DNA from: an uncultured Planctomycetota bacterium | GTDB taxonomy: Bacteria > Planctomycetota > Planctomycetia > Isosphaerales > Isosphaeraceae | DNA: 64,000 nucleotides | Assembly: GCA_963823665.1 (NCBI GenBank) | Contig: CAWGMQ010000006.1 | Location: forward strand, 768,001-832,000 | Direction of reading: 5' to 3' | Shown: piece after piece, positions 24,093 through 32,781 of the stretch | Layout of the letters: the number at the start of each line of letters is the position of its first letter | How positions within the stretch are numbered: the stretch's first letter is position 1 | The notes under the pieces: generated by a model | The model's input: the letters and a program-made list of their open reading frames with translations, nothing else | Database searches by the model: none | Told to the model about the DNA's origin: nothing | Position numbers and translations under genes: made by a program

Positions 24093-24516
24093 GTATGGCC
24101 AGATCATCCTGGTGCCTGTGGAAGATGGTCACGGCAACATCAAGCCTCACCCCGCCGTGATCCTTTCGCTGTCAGACGAGATCATTCCCGGGGCGACGCT
24201 CCATGTGGTCTGCGTCTCGTCCCAGGTGGAAGACCCATGTCCAGATCACCACATCAAGCTGCCTTGGCAGCGGCCACATCACCCCAGGACAGGTATGAAC
24301 AAGCCCAACGTGGCCAAATGCAACTGGCTGGCGCGGGTCGATCAACATGATGTCATCAGGGTCCTAGGTTTTGCCCCTCCGCGCCAGCTCGCCAGAATTG
24401 AGCAGGAGCTCAGGAGGCTAAAAACGCAGAGGGCCTTGAGTGAAGCTACTGCACGAACGAGGCCGCCTGCTGGATCGTATTGGGTCAAGCCTGCGAGAAG
24501 GGTTCCTGCCACCTGA
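24082..24516 (+). CDS. PemK/MazF family toxin
   Basis: GQIILVPVED.HGNIKPHPAVILS...VVCVSS...TGMNKPNVAKCNWLARVD..DVIRVLG, the MazF fold pattern. Confidence 0.8.
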   Translation: MPYEYGQIILVPVEDGHGNIKPHPAVILSLSDEIIPGATLHVVCVSSQVEDPCPDHHIKLPWQRPHHPRTGMNKPNVAKCNWLARVDQHDVIRVLGFAPPRQLARIEQELRRLKTQRALSEATARTRPPAGSYWVKPARRVPAT

Positions 24517-24541
24517 TCCACCACTGACGAGCAGCCTTTCG

Positions 24542-25717
24542 ATGAGCACCGCAGATCGACATCCTGCCGAAGCCTTGACCGCCGAGCCCCCGCCTCCTGC
24601 GCTCTCCCGCCACTTCCCCACGTTCTATTTTTCGTGGAAATGCCTCATATCGTTCCGGAACGGGATATGGCAGCGTCGCCGCGCGATCGCCAGCACCCTG
24701 GTCGTGGCGGCCCTCTCGCTCGTCGTCCTGTACGGCTGCTGGGAAGCTGTGGTCGGACCCCAGCGCAATGCCGTCACGGCCATTCAGAAGGCGGGCGGAT
24801 CCGTTGGCTACGAATGGGAATGGAACAACGGCCGGCCGGCGCCGCCGGGCGCCGAACCGCCGTGGGCACACTGGCTCGTCATAACGCTTGGACAGGATGT
24901 GTTCGGCCACGTTGTGACGGTCGACCTGGTCGGAGGCCGCGCGGACGACGCCCTCATGACCCACATCGGAGGCCTCACCCATCTCCAGCGTCTGAATCTG
25001 AACGGTACGTCGCTCACGGCTACCGGATTAGCGCGGCTCGAGAGGCTGACTGCTCTCGAGATCCTCGCACTCCCGAATGAGCCCTTCACCGACGACGACC
25101 TGGCCCATCTCGCCGGCATGACCAAACTCAAACAATTTCACGTTTACCTGGGCGCGCAAATTACGGACAGAGGCCTATCGCACCTCGCCAAGATGCGGCA
25201 AATGAAATCGCTCTGGCTGATCAACACGCAAATCACGACGCTCGAGCCGATTCGAGGGATGACGCAATTGAAGCAACTGAACCTCCACGGCGCGCCGATC
25301 ACCGACGAAGGGCTCAAGCCTCTGGCAGACTTCACGGGCCTGCAGTGGCTCTCCCTGGGTGGGTCCAAGGTCACCGACGCGGGGATCACACATTTCTCCA
25401 CCTTGTCCAATCTCGTGATGCTCGACCTGAACCGAACCGCCGTCGGTGACGCCGGTGTTCGGCTGCTCTTTGACCTGCCTCGGATCTTGTCACTGAACCT
25501 GCACGGCACCCACGTCACCGACGCCGGCCTCGCCGAGCTGGCCGATCGGACGAGCCACGGGCCGTTGCAGAGTCTGGTCGTCACCGGAGCGAGAGTCACG
25601 CCTGCCGCGGTCGACGAGCTGCGGAAGAAGCTGCCGCAAGTCGGTATCATGGGCCCCGGGGACCTACGCATGCCGCGCCGTGCGCCGCGCCGCTCCAGCC
25701 GCCTCAATCGCCGATGA
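24542..25717 (+). CDS. Membrane-anchored LRR protein, paralog 2
   Basis: ATG 24542 (MSTADRHP...), a TM helix and LRRs colinear with paralog 1. Confidence 0.88.
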   Translation: MSTADRHPAEALTAEPPPPALSRHFPTFYFSWKCLISFRNGIWQRRRAIASTLVVAALSLVVLYGCWEAVVGPQRNAVTAIQKAGGSVGYEWEWNNGRPAPPGAEPPWAHWLVITLGQDVFGHVVTVDLVGGRADDALMTHIGGLTHLQRLNLNGTSLTATGLARLERLTALEILALPNEPFTDDDLAHLAGMTKLKQFHVYLGAQITDRGLSHLAKMRQMKSLWLINTQITTLEPIRGMTQLKQLNLHGAPITDEGLKPLADFTGLQWLSLGGSKVTDAGITHFSTLSNLVMLDLNRTAVGDAGVRLLFDLPRILSLNLHGTHVTDAGLAELADRTSHGPLQSLVVTGARVTPAAVDELRKKLPQVGIMGPGDLRMPRRAPRRSSRLNRR

Positions 25718-25807
25718 AGAACTGCCGCGGTGAGGAGAGGAGGGCTAAACAGCGTTCCCCAATCACGCGACTACGGCGCGTCGCACTGGCTCCGCCACTG
25801 CTCCGGT

Positions 25808-25873
25808 GTAGCAGGCACACTCCGTGTGCCGTCCGCCGAAGTTGCCGGATGGGTGGCACTGGCATTGCCAGTG
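25808..25873 (+). repeat. Composite REP-like element: GTAG palindrome plus TGGCACTGGC-NTT-GCCAGT palindrome, copy 2
   Basis: gtagcaggcacactccgtgtgccgtccgccgaagttgccggatgggtggcactggcattgccagt, nearly identical to 29825-29889. Confidence 0.85.
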
Positions 25874-25918
25874 TGCCATGCCCGGGTGGATCGCCGTCAC
25901 GGATTTGCAAAAACCTAT

Positions 25919-26602
25919 TCAGGAGAAATCTCTCGTCTCAGCTTCAAGGAGAATATCGCTGATCATGACGGCCGTCGCCACCAAAAGCGGCGGCAGGGCA
26001 ATCAGCCGCCAGTGCGGGGCGAACTGCAAGAGGAAGATGGGGATCGCCACCGCGACCAGAGGAAACAGCCGGGAGCCGAACCATCGCGAGGGTCGAATGC
26101 CGCTGGCGAAAGCGCCCAGGTAAACGAGCGGCATGGAAAGCCAGAGGTGAACCATCGGGCCGGTCATCGACCACTCAAATGGGCCCGGATGCGTTCCCGG
26201 CGCCGCGGCCCAGGCTGCGTAGATTGCAATAGGAAGCAGCGTGCAGGCCAGGAGCAGCCCGGCGCCCGAGACCAGCTTGGTCAGCATGATCGCGCGCCGG
26301 GATAGCGGGCGATGAAGGAGGAACGGGTACGTTCCCTGCCGTAGCTCCCAGAATGACTGGCGGAAGCCCAGCGCGATCGCCAGCGAAAACCCGATGAATC
26401 CATACATCATTGCAAATCCATCCTGCACGAACGGAACATCCGGCAACGGGCTGCCGAGTCCCGGAAGCCATCCTAACAAGTCTCTCAGGAGGTGGTTCCA
26501 ATGGCCCGTGAGCTTGCTCACGTAGACGCCGTAAATCGCCACGGCCAGTGCGGCGAACAGCCGCATCTCACGCAACTCTTTGGCCACGATCGCCAGGACC
26601 AT
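25919..26602 (-). CDS. ABC-2 type transporter permease
   Basis: MVLAIVAKELRE, about 6 TM helices, E.RQGTYPFLLHRPLSR..I..TKL motif; start ATG 26602. Confidence 0.85.
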   Translation of the reverse strand: MVLAIVAKELREMRLFAALAVAIYGVYVSKLTGHWNHLLRDLLGWLPGLGSPLPDVPFVQDGFAMMYGFIGFSLAIALGFRQSFWELRQGTYPFLLHRPLSRRAIMLTKLVSGAGLLLACTLLPIAIYAAWAAAPGTHPGPFEWSMTGPMVHLWLSMPLVYLGAFASGIRPSRWFGSRLFPLVAVAIPIFLLQFAPHWRLIALPPLLVATAVMISDILLEAETRDFS

Positions 26603-26634
26603 TGTGAAAAGTCTCCTGCAAATGCCGATTGTGC

Positions 26635-28131
26635 TCAGGCGAAGATCTCGATGCCCTTCGGTGCCGGGGCCGGGAAGGCAGTGCGGCACGCCGTGCACGC
26701 TTCGCGATCGCGGGGTGCCCGCACATGACAATTTGGGCACTCCGTGCGCGCCGCCCAGCGCCGGTGCAGGCGATAGCCGGCATAGCCGGGAATTCCGAAC
26801 AGGAAAACGAAGATCGCCCAGCCGGCCTGGTGCGGCACGGGCAGACCGAACGCGCGCGACCTCCGCCACGAAGCGATCGCAAGCAGGAGCCCCAAGATCG
26901 CCACCGCCAGCAATGACGGCCATGACGATTCGATCATCATACGCACCGCGGCCGAAAAGCTGGGGGCCTGATTGATGAGCGACACGAAGAACCACTCGGC
27001 AATGGGCCAGACGAGCGGCGCCGGCAGCGCCGCGACCAGGAGCGATGACTCCTGCTGTTTGCTCCAGACCGCCATGCCGCTCTGCAAGGAGAGATCGGTC
27101 TGGCTGCGGAGAGTACCATCGGGAGCGACCGAACAAATGGTGCGCGGGGCGATGTTCTCGCCAGGATCGGTTCGCCATGGGTGATAAAACTCCGCGAGCG
27201 CGTCGCCTTTGCCGAGTGCGTACCAGGCGATCATGTAATCATCCTGCAACTTGCCCGGAACCGTGAACGTGCTCAGTATCTCATGAGCAGAATTCACCGC
27301 GACGATCGTGTGGGCGGTCCGCACGAACACGGCCGGCTGCCGCGCCAGATCGCTTCTTCCGGCGGTGTCCTGCTCGCAGATTCCGAATGATTCGATCGGT
27401 TCGGGAGTCTCGAAGGCCGTGCTCACAGTGCGTGTGCGGAGATCGAGCACTCGCAGGCGGTTTGCGGTTGGGACGTAGACAGCGCTCAAAGAGATGCGGG
27501 AGGTGAGCGGGTCGGCGCCGCCAACCTGCCCCTGGCTGATCCCGAAGCGCGAGGGGCTCCAGAACGGGACAGTCGTCATCAGGCTACTTCGCACCGGGAA
27601 CTGCTGGCCGGGTGGCGGGCGATCGGATTGGAAGCCTGAGTCTCCGATAAAGCCGACCGCCCGGTTACCGTTCCGGTCGTAGCCGGCGAAATATCCCGCG
27701 CCATCCGGTTTGCCGTCATGCACGAAGTACCAGACGACGCTGGGATGCTCGGGCTCGACGAAGGGTTTGAGCCGCGTTTGCCATGGGAGCTCGCTCAACC
27801 AGGAAGTTTGCGTCCAGTTGCCGGCGAACAGGTAAACTGGCTCGATCAGGTCAGTCTTGGGAGGCGCAGGCACGGTGCGGCCGCTCTTGTCGCTATAGGT
27901 CGCATCGAGCGGATTCGAGCGCGGAATGCTCTTGATGAGCGGTGTGCCGTCGCGCTTGACCACCAGCGATTGCCGGGGCGGCCAGTTCGAGTCTGGGCTT
28001 TGCCACGCCTCCAAGGCAAGGGTGCCGAGAAAAACCGCGAGCACCAGCCAGATCGTACCAAACCCAACGGAGATCGTGGCGGCCAACAGGAGCTGACGGA
28101 CGAAGAACAATATGCTTGCTTTCATGATCAT
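26635..28131 (-). CDS. ABC-associated membrane protein with a large extracytoplasmic domain and a C-terminal zinc ribbon
   Basis: N-terminal TM, soluble domain, C-terminal TMs, then CPNC-x9-CTAC; ATGA overlap with the ATPase gene. Confidence 0.75.
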   Translation of the reverse strand: MIMKASILFFVRQLLLAATISVGFGTIWLVLAVFLGTLALEAWQSPDSNWPPRQSLVVKRDGTPLIKSIPRSNPLDATYSDKSGRTVPAPPKTDLIEPVYLFAGNWTQTSWLSELPWQTRLKPFVEPEHPSVVWYFVHDGKPDGAGYFAGYDRNGNRAVGFIGDSGFQSDRPPPGQQFPVRSSLMTTVPFWSPSRFGISQGQVGGADPLTSRISLSAVYVPTANRLRVLDLRTRTVSTAFETPEPIESFGICEQDTAGRSDLARQPAVFVRTAHTIVAVNSAHEILSTFTVPGKLQDDYMIAWYALGKGDALAEFYHPWRTDPGENIAPRTICSVAPDGTLRSQTDLSLQSGMAVWSKQQESSLLVAALPAPLVWPIAEWFFVSLINQAPSFSAAVRMMIESSWPSLLAVAILGLLLAIASWRRSRAFGLPVPHQAGWAIFVFLFGIPGYAGYRLHRRWAARTECPNCHVRAPRDREACTACRTAFPAPAPKGIEIFA

Positions 28132-29096
28132 GCGGCTCCTCGATCTCGGTCGCCGCCTGCTGCGCCGGGATCTGCCTGGGTTCTCTCGTTGTCGAAGGAA
28201 GGGAGCGAAGGCCGCGAGCCCCGGGTGTACGCGACGAAGGCATCCTCCAGGTTCAAGCTCACGACGTCGCATGCCAGCGGACGGAGCGAGTCGATCACGT
28301 GCTGTTGCTCCGGGCCGAAATTGACGAATACGAGCTCGAGGCGGTCGCCGGATTCCCGGGTATTGACGAGCCCCGCGCAGGCGGGGAACGCCGGCGGCCG
28401 GCCGGGAAACTCGATGACCACCTTGCGAATGGATTCTTTGAAATGGTCCGTCGGGCAGTCGACGCGGAGCACGCCGTCGACCATGATGCCGATCCGGTCT
28501 GCCAGCCGCTCAACGTCGGCCAGGATGTGGGAGCTGAAGAGGATCGTCCGGCCCTGCCGCTGGATGAGCTGAACGATCGACGTGATGAACTCGCGGCGGG
28601 CGACGGTGTCCAGGCCGAGCGTCGGGTCGTCGAGGATGAGCAGGTCGGGATCAGGCGCGATCGCCAGGGCGAGTGCAAACTGCGCTCGCTGCCCATGTGA
28701 GAGCCGGCCGATCTTCTGGCGGCGGGGCAGCTCGAAGTGGTCGAGCACCTGGTCGAGCATCGGCCCGTTCCATCGCTCGGAATGAAACGCCCGGCTGAAC
28801 TGCACCGCTTCGGCGACGGTCATCCAGCGGTAGAGGGGGTGTCCTTCCGCCAGGTATGCGATCCGGCCGCGGACATGGGGCGGGAGCGCGGCAACGTCGT
28901 GACCCAGCAGCCGGGCGGTTCCGCAGGTTGGCTGGACCATCCCCAGCAGCATGCGGATGGTCGTCGATTTGCCGGCGCCGTTGCGGCCTAAAAGTCCGTA
29001 GACAGTGCCGGATGGGATTTGAACGGTCGCGGAATCGACGGCGCAGCGCGTGCCGTAGTACTTCGTGAGGCGATGGGTCTCGATTGCGTGGGTCAT
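28128..29096 (-). CDS. ABC transporter ATP-binding protein
   Basis: GRNGAGKST, LSHGQ, LILDDPT and SSH motifs. Confidence 0.95.
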   Translation of the reverse strand: MTHAIETHRLTKYYGTRCAVDSATVQIPSGTVYGLLGRNGAGKSTTIRMLLGMVQPTCGTARLLGHDVAALPPHVRGRIAYLAEGHPLYRWMTVAEAVQFSRAFHSERWNGPMLDQVLDHFELPRRQKIGRLSHGQRAQFALALAIAPDPDLLILDDPTLGLDTVARREFITSIVQLIQRQGRTILFSSHILADVERLADRIGIMVDGVLRVDCPTDHFKESIRKVVIEFPGRPPAFPACAGLVNTRESGDRLELVFVNFGPEQQHVIDSLRPLACDVVSLNLEDAFVAYTRGSRPSLPSFDNERTQADPGAAGGDRDRGAA

Positions 29097-29484
29097 ACAG
29101 TTGCGCTCCACTGGAACTGTGCCGAGCGATCGGATACGAGCTTCAACACTTCGTCTTCCGAGAATCCCAGGTGCACCGCCTCGGTGAGCAGCTTGTCGAG
29201 GATCTCGAGCAGGCGCTGGCGGCGGGCGTCCTTTTTCAGCTCGATCCGTGAGCCGGCGACGAACACGCCGCGACCTTGGCGGTTGTGGACCAGGCCCTCA
29301 CGCTCGAGCTCCGTGTAAGCGCGCGCACGGTGTTGGGGTTGATCACCAGGTCGCGGGAAAGCTGGCGCACGGAGGGCAACTGCTGGTCGGCAAGCAAGTC
29401 GCCGCGAGCCATCGCCTCGCGGACCTGCTGCACCAACTGCTGGTAGATCGGATGCCGGCTGGCGCCGTCGATTTCAAAATGCAT
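29093..29484 (-). CDS. GntR family (YtrA-type) regulator; frameshift near 29323
   Basis: PIYQQL..Q....A.G.L...QLPSVRQLSRDLVINPNTV. Adding 1 nt gives ARAYTELEREGLV..RQGRGVFV...FQWSATV*, ending in an ATGA overlap with the ATPase gene. Confidence 0.9.
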
Positions 29485-29501
29485 TGGACTCTCTCGCCTT
29501 T

Positions 29502-29526
29502 ACTGTACTAAGTGTATTAGTACAGT
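29502..29526. promoter_or_regulatory. Probable YtrA/GntR operator
   Basis: Perfect AT-rich inverted repeat ACTGTACTAA-GTGTA-TTAGTACAGT just upstream of the GntR ATG; the TGTA-N13-TACA spacing is typical of YtrA-subfamily sites. Confidence 0.85.
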
Positions 29527-29824
29527 TGGAGACGCAAGGAGTCAAGGGGAAAGATTCGGGCGTGTGCTGCGATCGCCCCGATGCCGGGGGCGGGAGCTCA
29601 CGCAAATGTGAGAAAATCAGGTGAAAGGAGTGATTGAGAGTCACTGCGAAGAGGGGCTCACGCAAAGTCGCCAAGTCGCAAAGTGGAAGAAGGCGCAACG
29701 ATGCGAAGACCGTGACGGGATCAGGGTCGGGCTATTCTGGAGAGTGTGGCGATGTGCCCGGGAGGGCGGGCTCGGAGATGACGCACAACGTTGCGGCCGC
29801 GTCCCTTCATGGCGATTCTCCGTT

Positions 29825-29889
29825 GTAGCAGGCACACTCCGTGTGCCGTCCGCCGATGTTGCCGGTCGTGTGGCACTGGCTTTGCCAGT
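29825..29889 (+). repeat. Composite REP-like element, copy 3
   Basis: gtagcaggcacactccgtgtgccgtccgccgatgttgccggtcgtgtggcactggctttgccagt. Confidence 0.85.
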
Positions 29890-29916
29890 AACCGGCCTCG
29901 ATCCTTGCGAACACAC

Positions 29917-31038
29917 TTAAAACTCGGACCGATCAATTTTCTCGCCACCGTCCATCGTGGCGAGCGCGTCCAGAGTCTTTTTGTTGATGTCGGCCGCCTT
30001 CAGAAAGCGCACGCTGCCGTCAACGAAGGCTGCATTTGCTCCGCCGAGATGGTTTCCGCCGATTCCTCCGCCCGGGCGTTCGGGTGAGCTGAACCTCAGG
30101 TCCTGAATGGGATAGTCCCGAGGCTCCATCCAGTCGATCTCGGTTTTGCTGGCCTCGACGGCAAGGATCGTTGTTGCCCGCCCATCGCGAATCTGCTCGA
30201 ACTTGGTCGTGCGATTGCCGGGAAAAGGCGAATGGTTGCCGGTGATCACCACGTACGCTGTCGTCGACAAGCGCCGGCCGCGATCATCCAGGCAGCCGTA
30301 GACCATCGGCATTCGGTGCGCCAACTTGCGGTTGTTAGGTCCGTCCCAGGGTTCTGCAAAGTCGTAAGACTCGTAAATCTGCTTCAGTCCCTCGGTATTG
30401 CCGAAGCCCGTCATTTCAAGATACGGCAGAATCAACACTCGCCAACTGTGCTTGGGTCTACCCTGCTCGTCCGCCAAATAAGCCGGCGGCAGGCAGCCGA
30501 ACTTTGCGTGGTAGTAGTCCATCGCGAGCGCAATCGCTTTGAGATTATATGTGCAGTTGGCCCGCACGAACGACGCTCGGGGCCCCCCGAAAACGAGACT
30601 GCAAGTAACAAGTGCCGGAAGAGCGCCGATTGCCACCCAGACCAGCGCCGTCCTCAGGCCTCCGAAGAAACGGCGCAGGGGGGTTGATTCGCTCACACGA
30701 CGACGGTCTGCCAGCACGAGCTCGCGGGTCGCTGCCGCTAGCCCGAAACCGAGTACGCAGAGGAAGGCCCAACCGTGGATCCGCTGTCGTGAACTGAGCT
30801 CGTATACGTCCAGGTCGAGATCCTCAAGAAGATAAGGTCCCGAGAACACGCCGGCGAGGTAGCCGACGATCGAGATTGCCAGCACGACAGTCAGGCGGAT
30901 CGCGGGTCGACCGAGTGATTTCGCCATCGCGGCGTGTTGCGGTTTCGGCATTCGCGTGGCCTCGTTCGGGCTTGGCGGGTCAAGCTCCGGCTTTTGAATT
31001 GCTCGGTCTTTCGTGGCCAGGTCTTCCGTAGCTTCCAC
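29917..31038 (-). CDS. DUF1559 domain protein with three N-terminal TM helices
   Basis: CTYNLKAIALAM..YH...GCLPP, HSWRVLILPYLE, EPWDGPNN, and H.GGANAAFVDGSVRF (H-X9-DG motif). Confidence 0.9.
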   Translation of the reverse strand: MEATEDLATKDRAIQKPELDPPSPNEATRMPKPQHAAMAKSLGRPAIRLTVVLAISIVGYLAGVFSGPYLLEDLDLDVYELSSRQRIHGWAFLCVLGFGLAAATRELVLADRRRVSESTPLRRFFGGLRTALVWVAIGALPALVTCSLVFGGPRASFVRANCTYNLKAIALAMDYYHAKFGCLPPAYLADEQGRPKHSWRVLILPYLEMTGFGNTEGLKQIYESYDFAEPWDGPNNRKLAHRMPMVYGCLDDRGRRLSTTAYVVITGNHSPFPGNRTTKFEQIRDGRATTILAVEASKTEIDWMEPRDYPIQDLRFSSPERPGGGIGGNHLGGANAAFVDGSVRFLKAADINKKTLDALATMDGGEKIDRSEF

Positions 31039-31183
31039 GAACGAGGTGTGTGCTGCAAGACAACGTGGACGTGCCAGGCCGTAGTGACGCGCATCAGCTC
31101 AGTCGTTTGCCGTTGTCAGGCAGCACGCGTCGCGGAGCGGCGAGGCGGGCATCGTCATGCTGAGTGCGGGAACGAGGGACGAG

Positions 31184-31513
31184 CTACAAGCCCACGTCCT
31201 CTGCCTTGACGGGCTTTTCACCGGGTGCACGGATGCACAGAATTGTCACCACATCTTCTTGCACGGTGAACAGAGCTCGATAGGGTTTGCCCTTCCAGAT
31301 CTCGAATAAGAGATGCCGCACTTCCTTGGGAAGGTAACGGCTCTCGTATGCGATCCCGCATGAGAGCGGACGGGATTCAAGCCGGTCGAGCGATTCATAG
31401 AACCGCGCGGCGAGTCGGTTCGCCACCGCTTTTGATGACCGATCTATGAGCCAGGCCATGAGCCTATCGAGATCCGCATACGCGCCGTCGGTTATCTCGA
31501 CGCGGAAACTCAT
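31184..31513 (-). CDS. RelE/ParE family toxin
   Basis: FRVEITDGAYADL......A.RL..RF...L.RL...P....VRHLLF....YRALFTV..V.IL.IR. Confidence 0.88.
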   Translation of the reverse strand: MSFRVEITDGAYADLDRLMAWLIDRSSKAVANRLAARFYESLDRLESRPLSCGIAYESRYLPKEVRHLLFEIWKGKPYRALFTVQEDVVTILCIRAPGEKPVKAEDVGL

Positions 31514-31764
31514 GAGCTTTCCGAAAGGTTGTGTTTCCGGCGTAACTCGGCGACCGCGTCCCTTGCCGGTCTGACCCGTCCTGCGTCGAGATCAGCGAAT
31601 CCCCGGCGAATTGCGTTGAGGGTCTCGTCGCGCTCCGCCTCGCTCTCGTTCTCGTACTCCCAACGGGCGAGAACCTCATCGACGGTAGGGACCGTCTCGC
31701 CGGCGAGTTGGGCGTCGACGAAGGACTTGAATGCGTGCAGATCATTCGCGCGTTCGGCTGGCAT
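31510..31764 (-). CDS. Antitoxin paired with the ParE-like toxin
   Basis: Small acidic ORF with AIRRGFADLDAGRVRPA..A..ELR; ATGA overlap with the toxin. Confidence 0.8.
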   Translation of the reverse strand: MPAERANDLHAFKSFVDAQLAGETVPTVDEVLARWEYENESEAERDETLNAIRRGFADLDAGRVRPARDAVAELRRKHNLSESS

Positions 31765-31842
31765 GTGTAGGCTCCCTTGGGTTCACTCAATATCATCGGC
31801 GAACGATCAACCGTGAAGCAAGATAAGTTTGTCCCTGGTTCG

Positions 31843-32388
31843 TCACTCCGCGGTCGAACTGTCCGCTGGACCGACCTCTGGCGACGCAGGTGGGCCGGTC
31901 GCACTCGAGCTGTGCTTCTCCATCAGCGAAATCAGCTCCGCGGGGCGACCGTCCTTGGCCCAGTCCAGGGCGGTTTTGCCGGTCCGGTCGCGGTGGCCGA
32001 TCGTTCGGGTTGCGCCGGAATCGAGCAGGAGTTTGCAAACCTGGAGGTAGACCCGTTTGGGATGAAGTGCGGCGACGGCGGTGGCGAGAGGAGTCATGCT
32101 GTGTGGTCCGCCGAGCGCATTGACTTCGGCACCGCGATCAATCAGGTACTTGATCGCCTTTGTCTGTCCGGCCGACGCGGCGAGCATGAGGCTCGTGCAG
32201 TCGAATTCGTTGCGTACGTCGACGTCGAGGCCGCTGCTCTCGAACAGCTTCTCGAGGAGATCGACTCGACCCCAGCGCGCGGCTTCCCCGAGGGCCGTGG
32301 GGATCCGGCCGGCGGATACGAACGCTTCGACCAGGGTTTGGACCATGTCGTGCTGGGAGTCTTGCGGTTTGGAGGCTGACGTCGACAT
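31843..32388 (-). CDS. Ankyrin repeat protein
   Basis: TALGEAARWG, TSLMLAASAG...LIDRGAEVN, TPLATA, GKTALDWA. Confidence 0.92.
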   Translation of the reverse strand: MSTSASKPQDSQHDMVQTLVEAFVSAGRIPTALGEAARWGRVDLLEKLFESSGLDVDVRNEFDCTSLMLAASAGQTKAIKYLIDRGAEVNALGGPHSMTPLATAVAALHPKRVYLQVCKLLLDSGATRTIGHRDRTGKTALDWAKDGRPAELISLMEKHSSSATGPPASPEVGPADSSTAE

Positions 32389-32394
32389 TGGAAA

Positions 32395-32418
32395 TCGCCG
32401 GACGGAGCCGGCTCCTAC
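32395..32418 (-). repeat. GTAG-type REP palindrome (GTAGGA-GCCGG-CTCCGT-CCGGC-GA)
   Basis: Reverse complement reads gtaggagccggctccgtccggcga. Confidence 0.6.
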
Positions 32419-32781
32419 GGACCCGGGAGTGTCGCGTCGTTTGTAGTCGAACGGTGAACTGTTTGGTTATTTGGCGCGTTGGCTCGCCGCGATTTCATGC
32501 GCCTGCGCGGCTCGGAATGAGCCTCGCCCGCACAGGATTGCGATGCTTTATTCACCTTCCCAGAACTCAGTGTTTGCGGCAAGGTGAACGCCCGGATGCG
32601 GGCTTCTTCACCGCAGTGTCGGCGCGGGTCGCGAAGGCGCGCTTTCGCGGAGCGAACGACGACTCTGCGGTGCGGCTGGTCCGGCGCCTCCGCTACCAAA
32701 ATCCGGGGATGAATCTGTAACACGATTGTCGTCGACGGACGGGAGTTCGTGGCTGGCTCTCGCCTGTGTGGTCGGTGGGGA

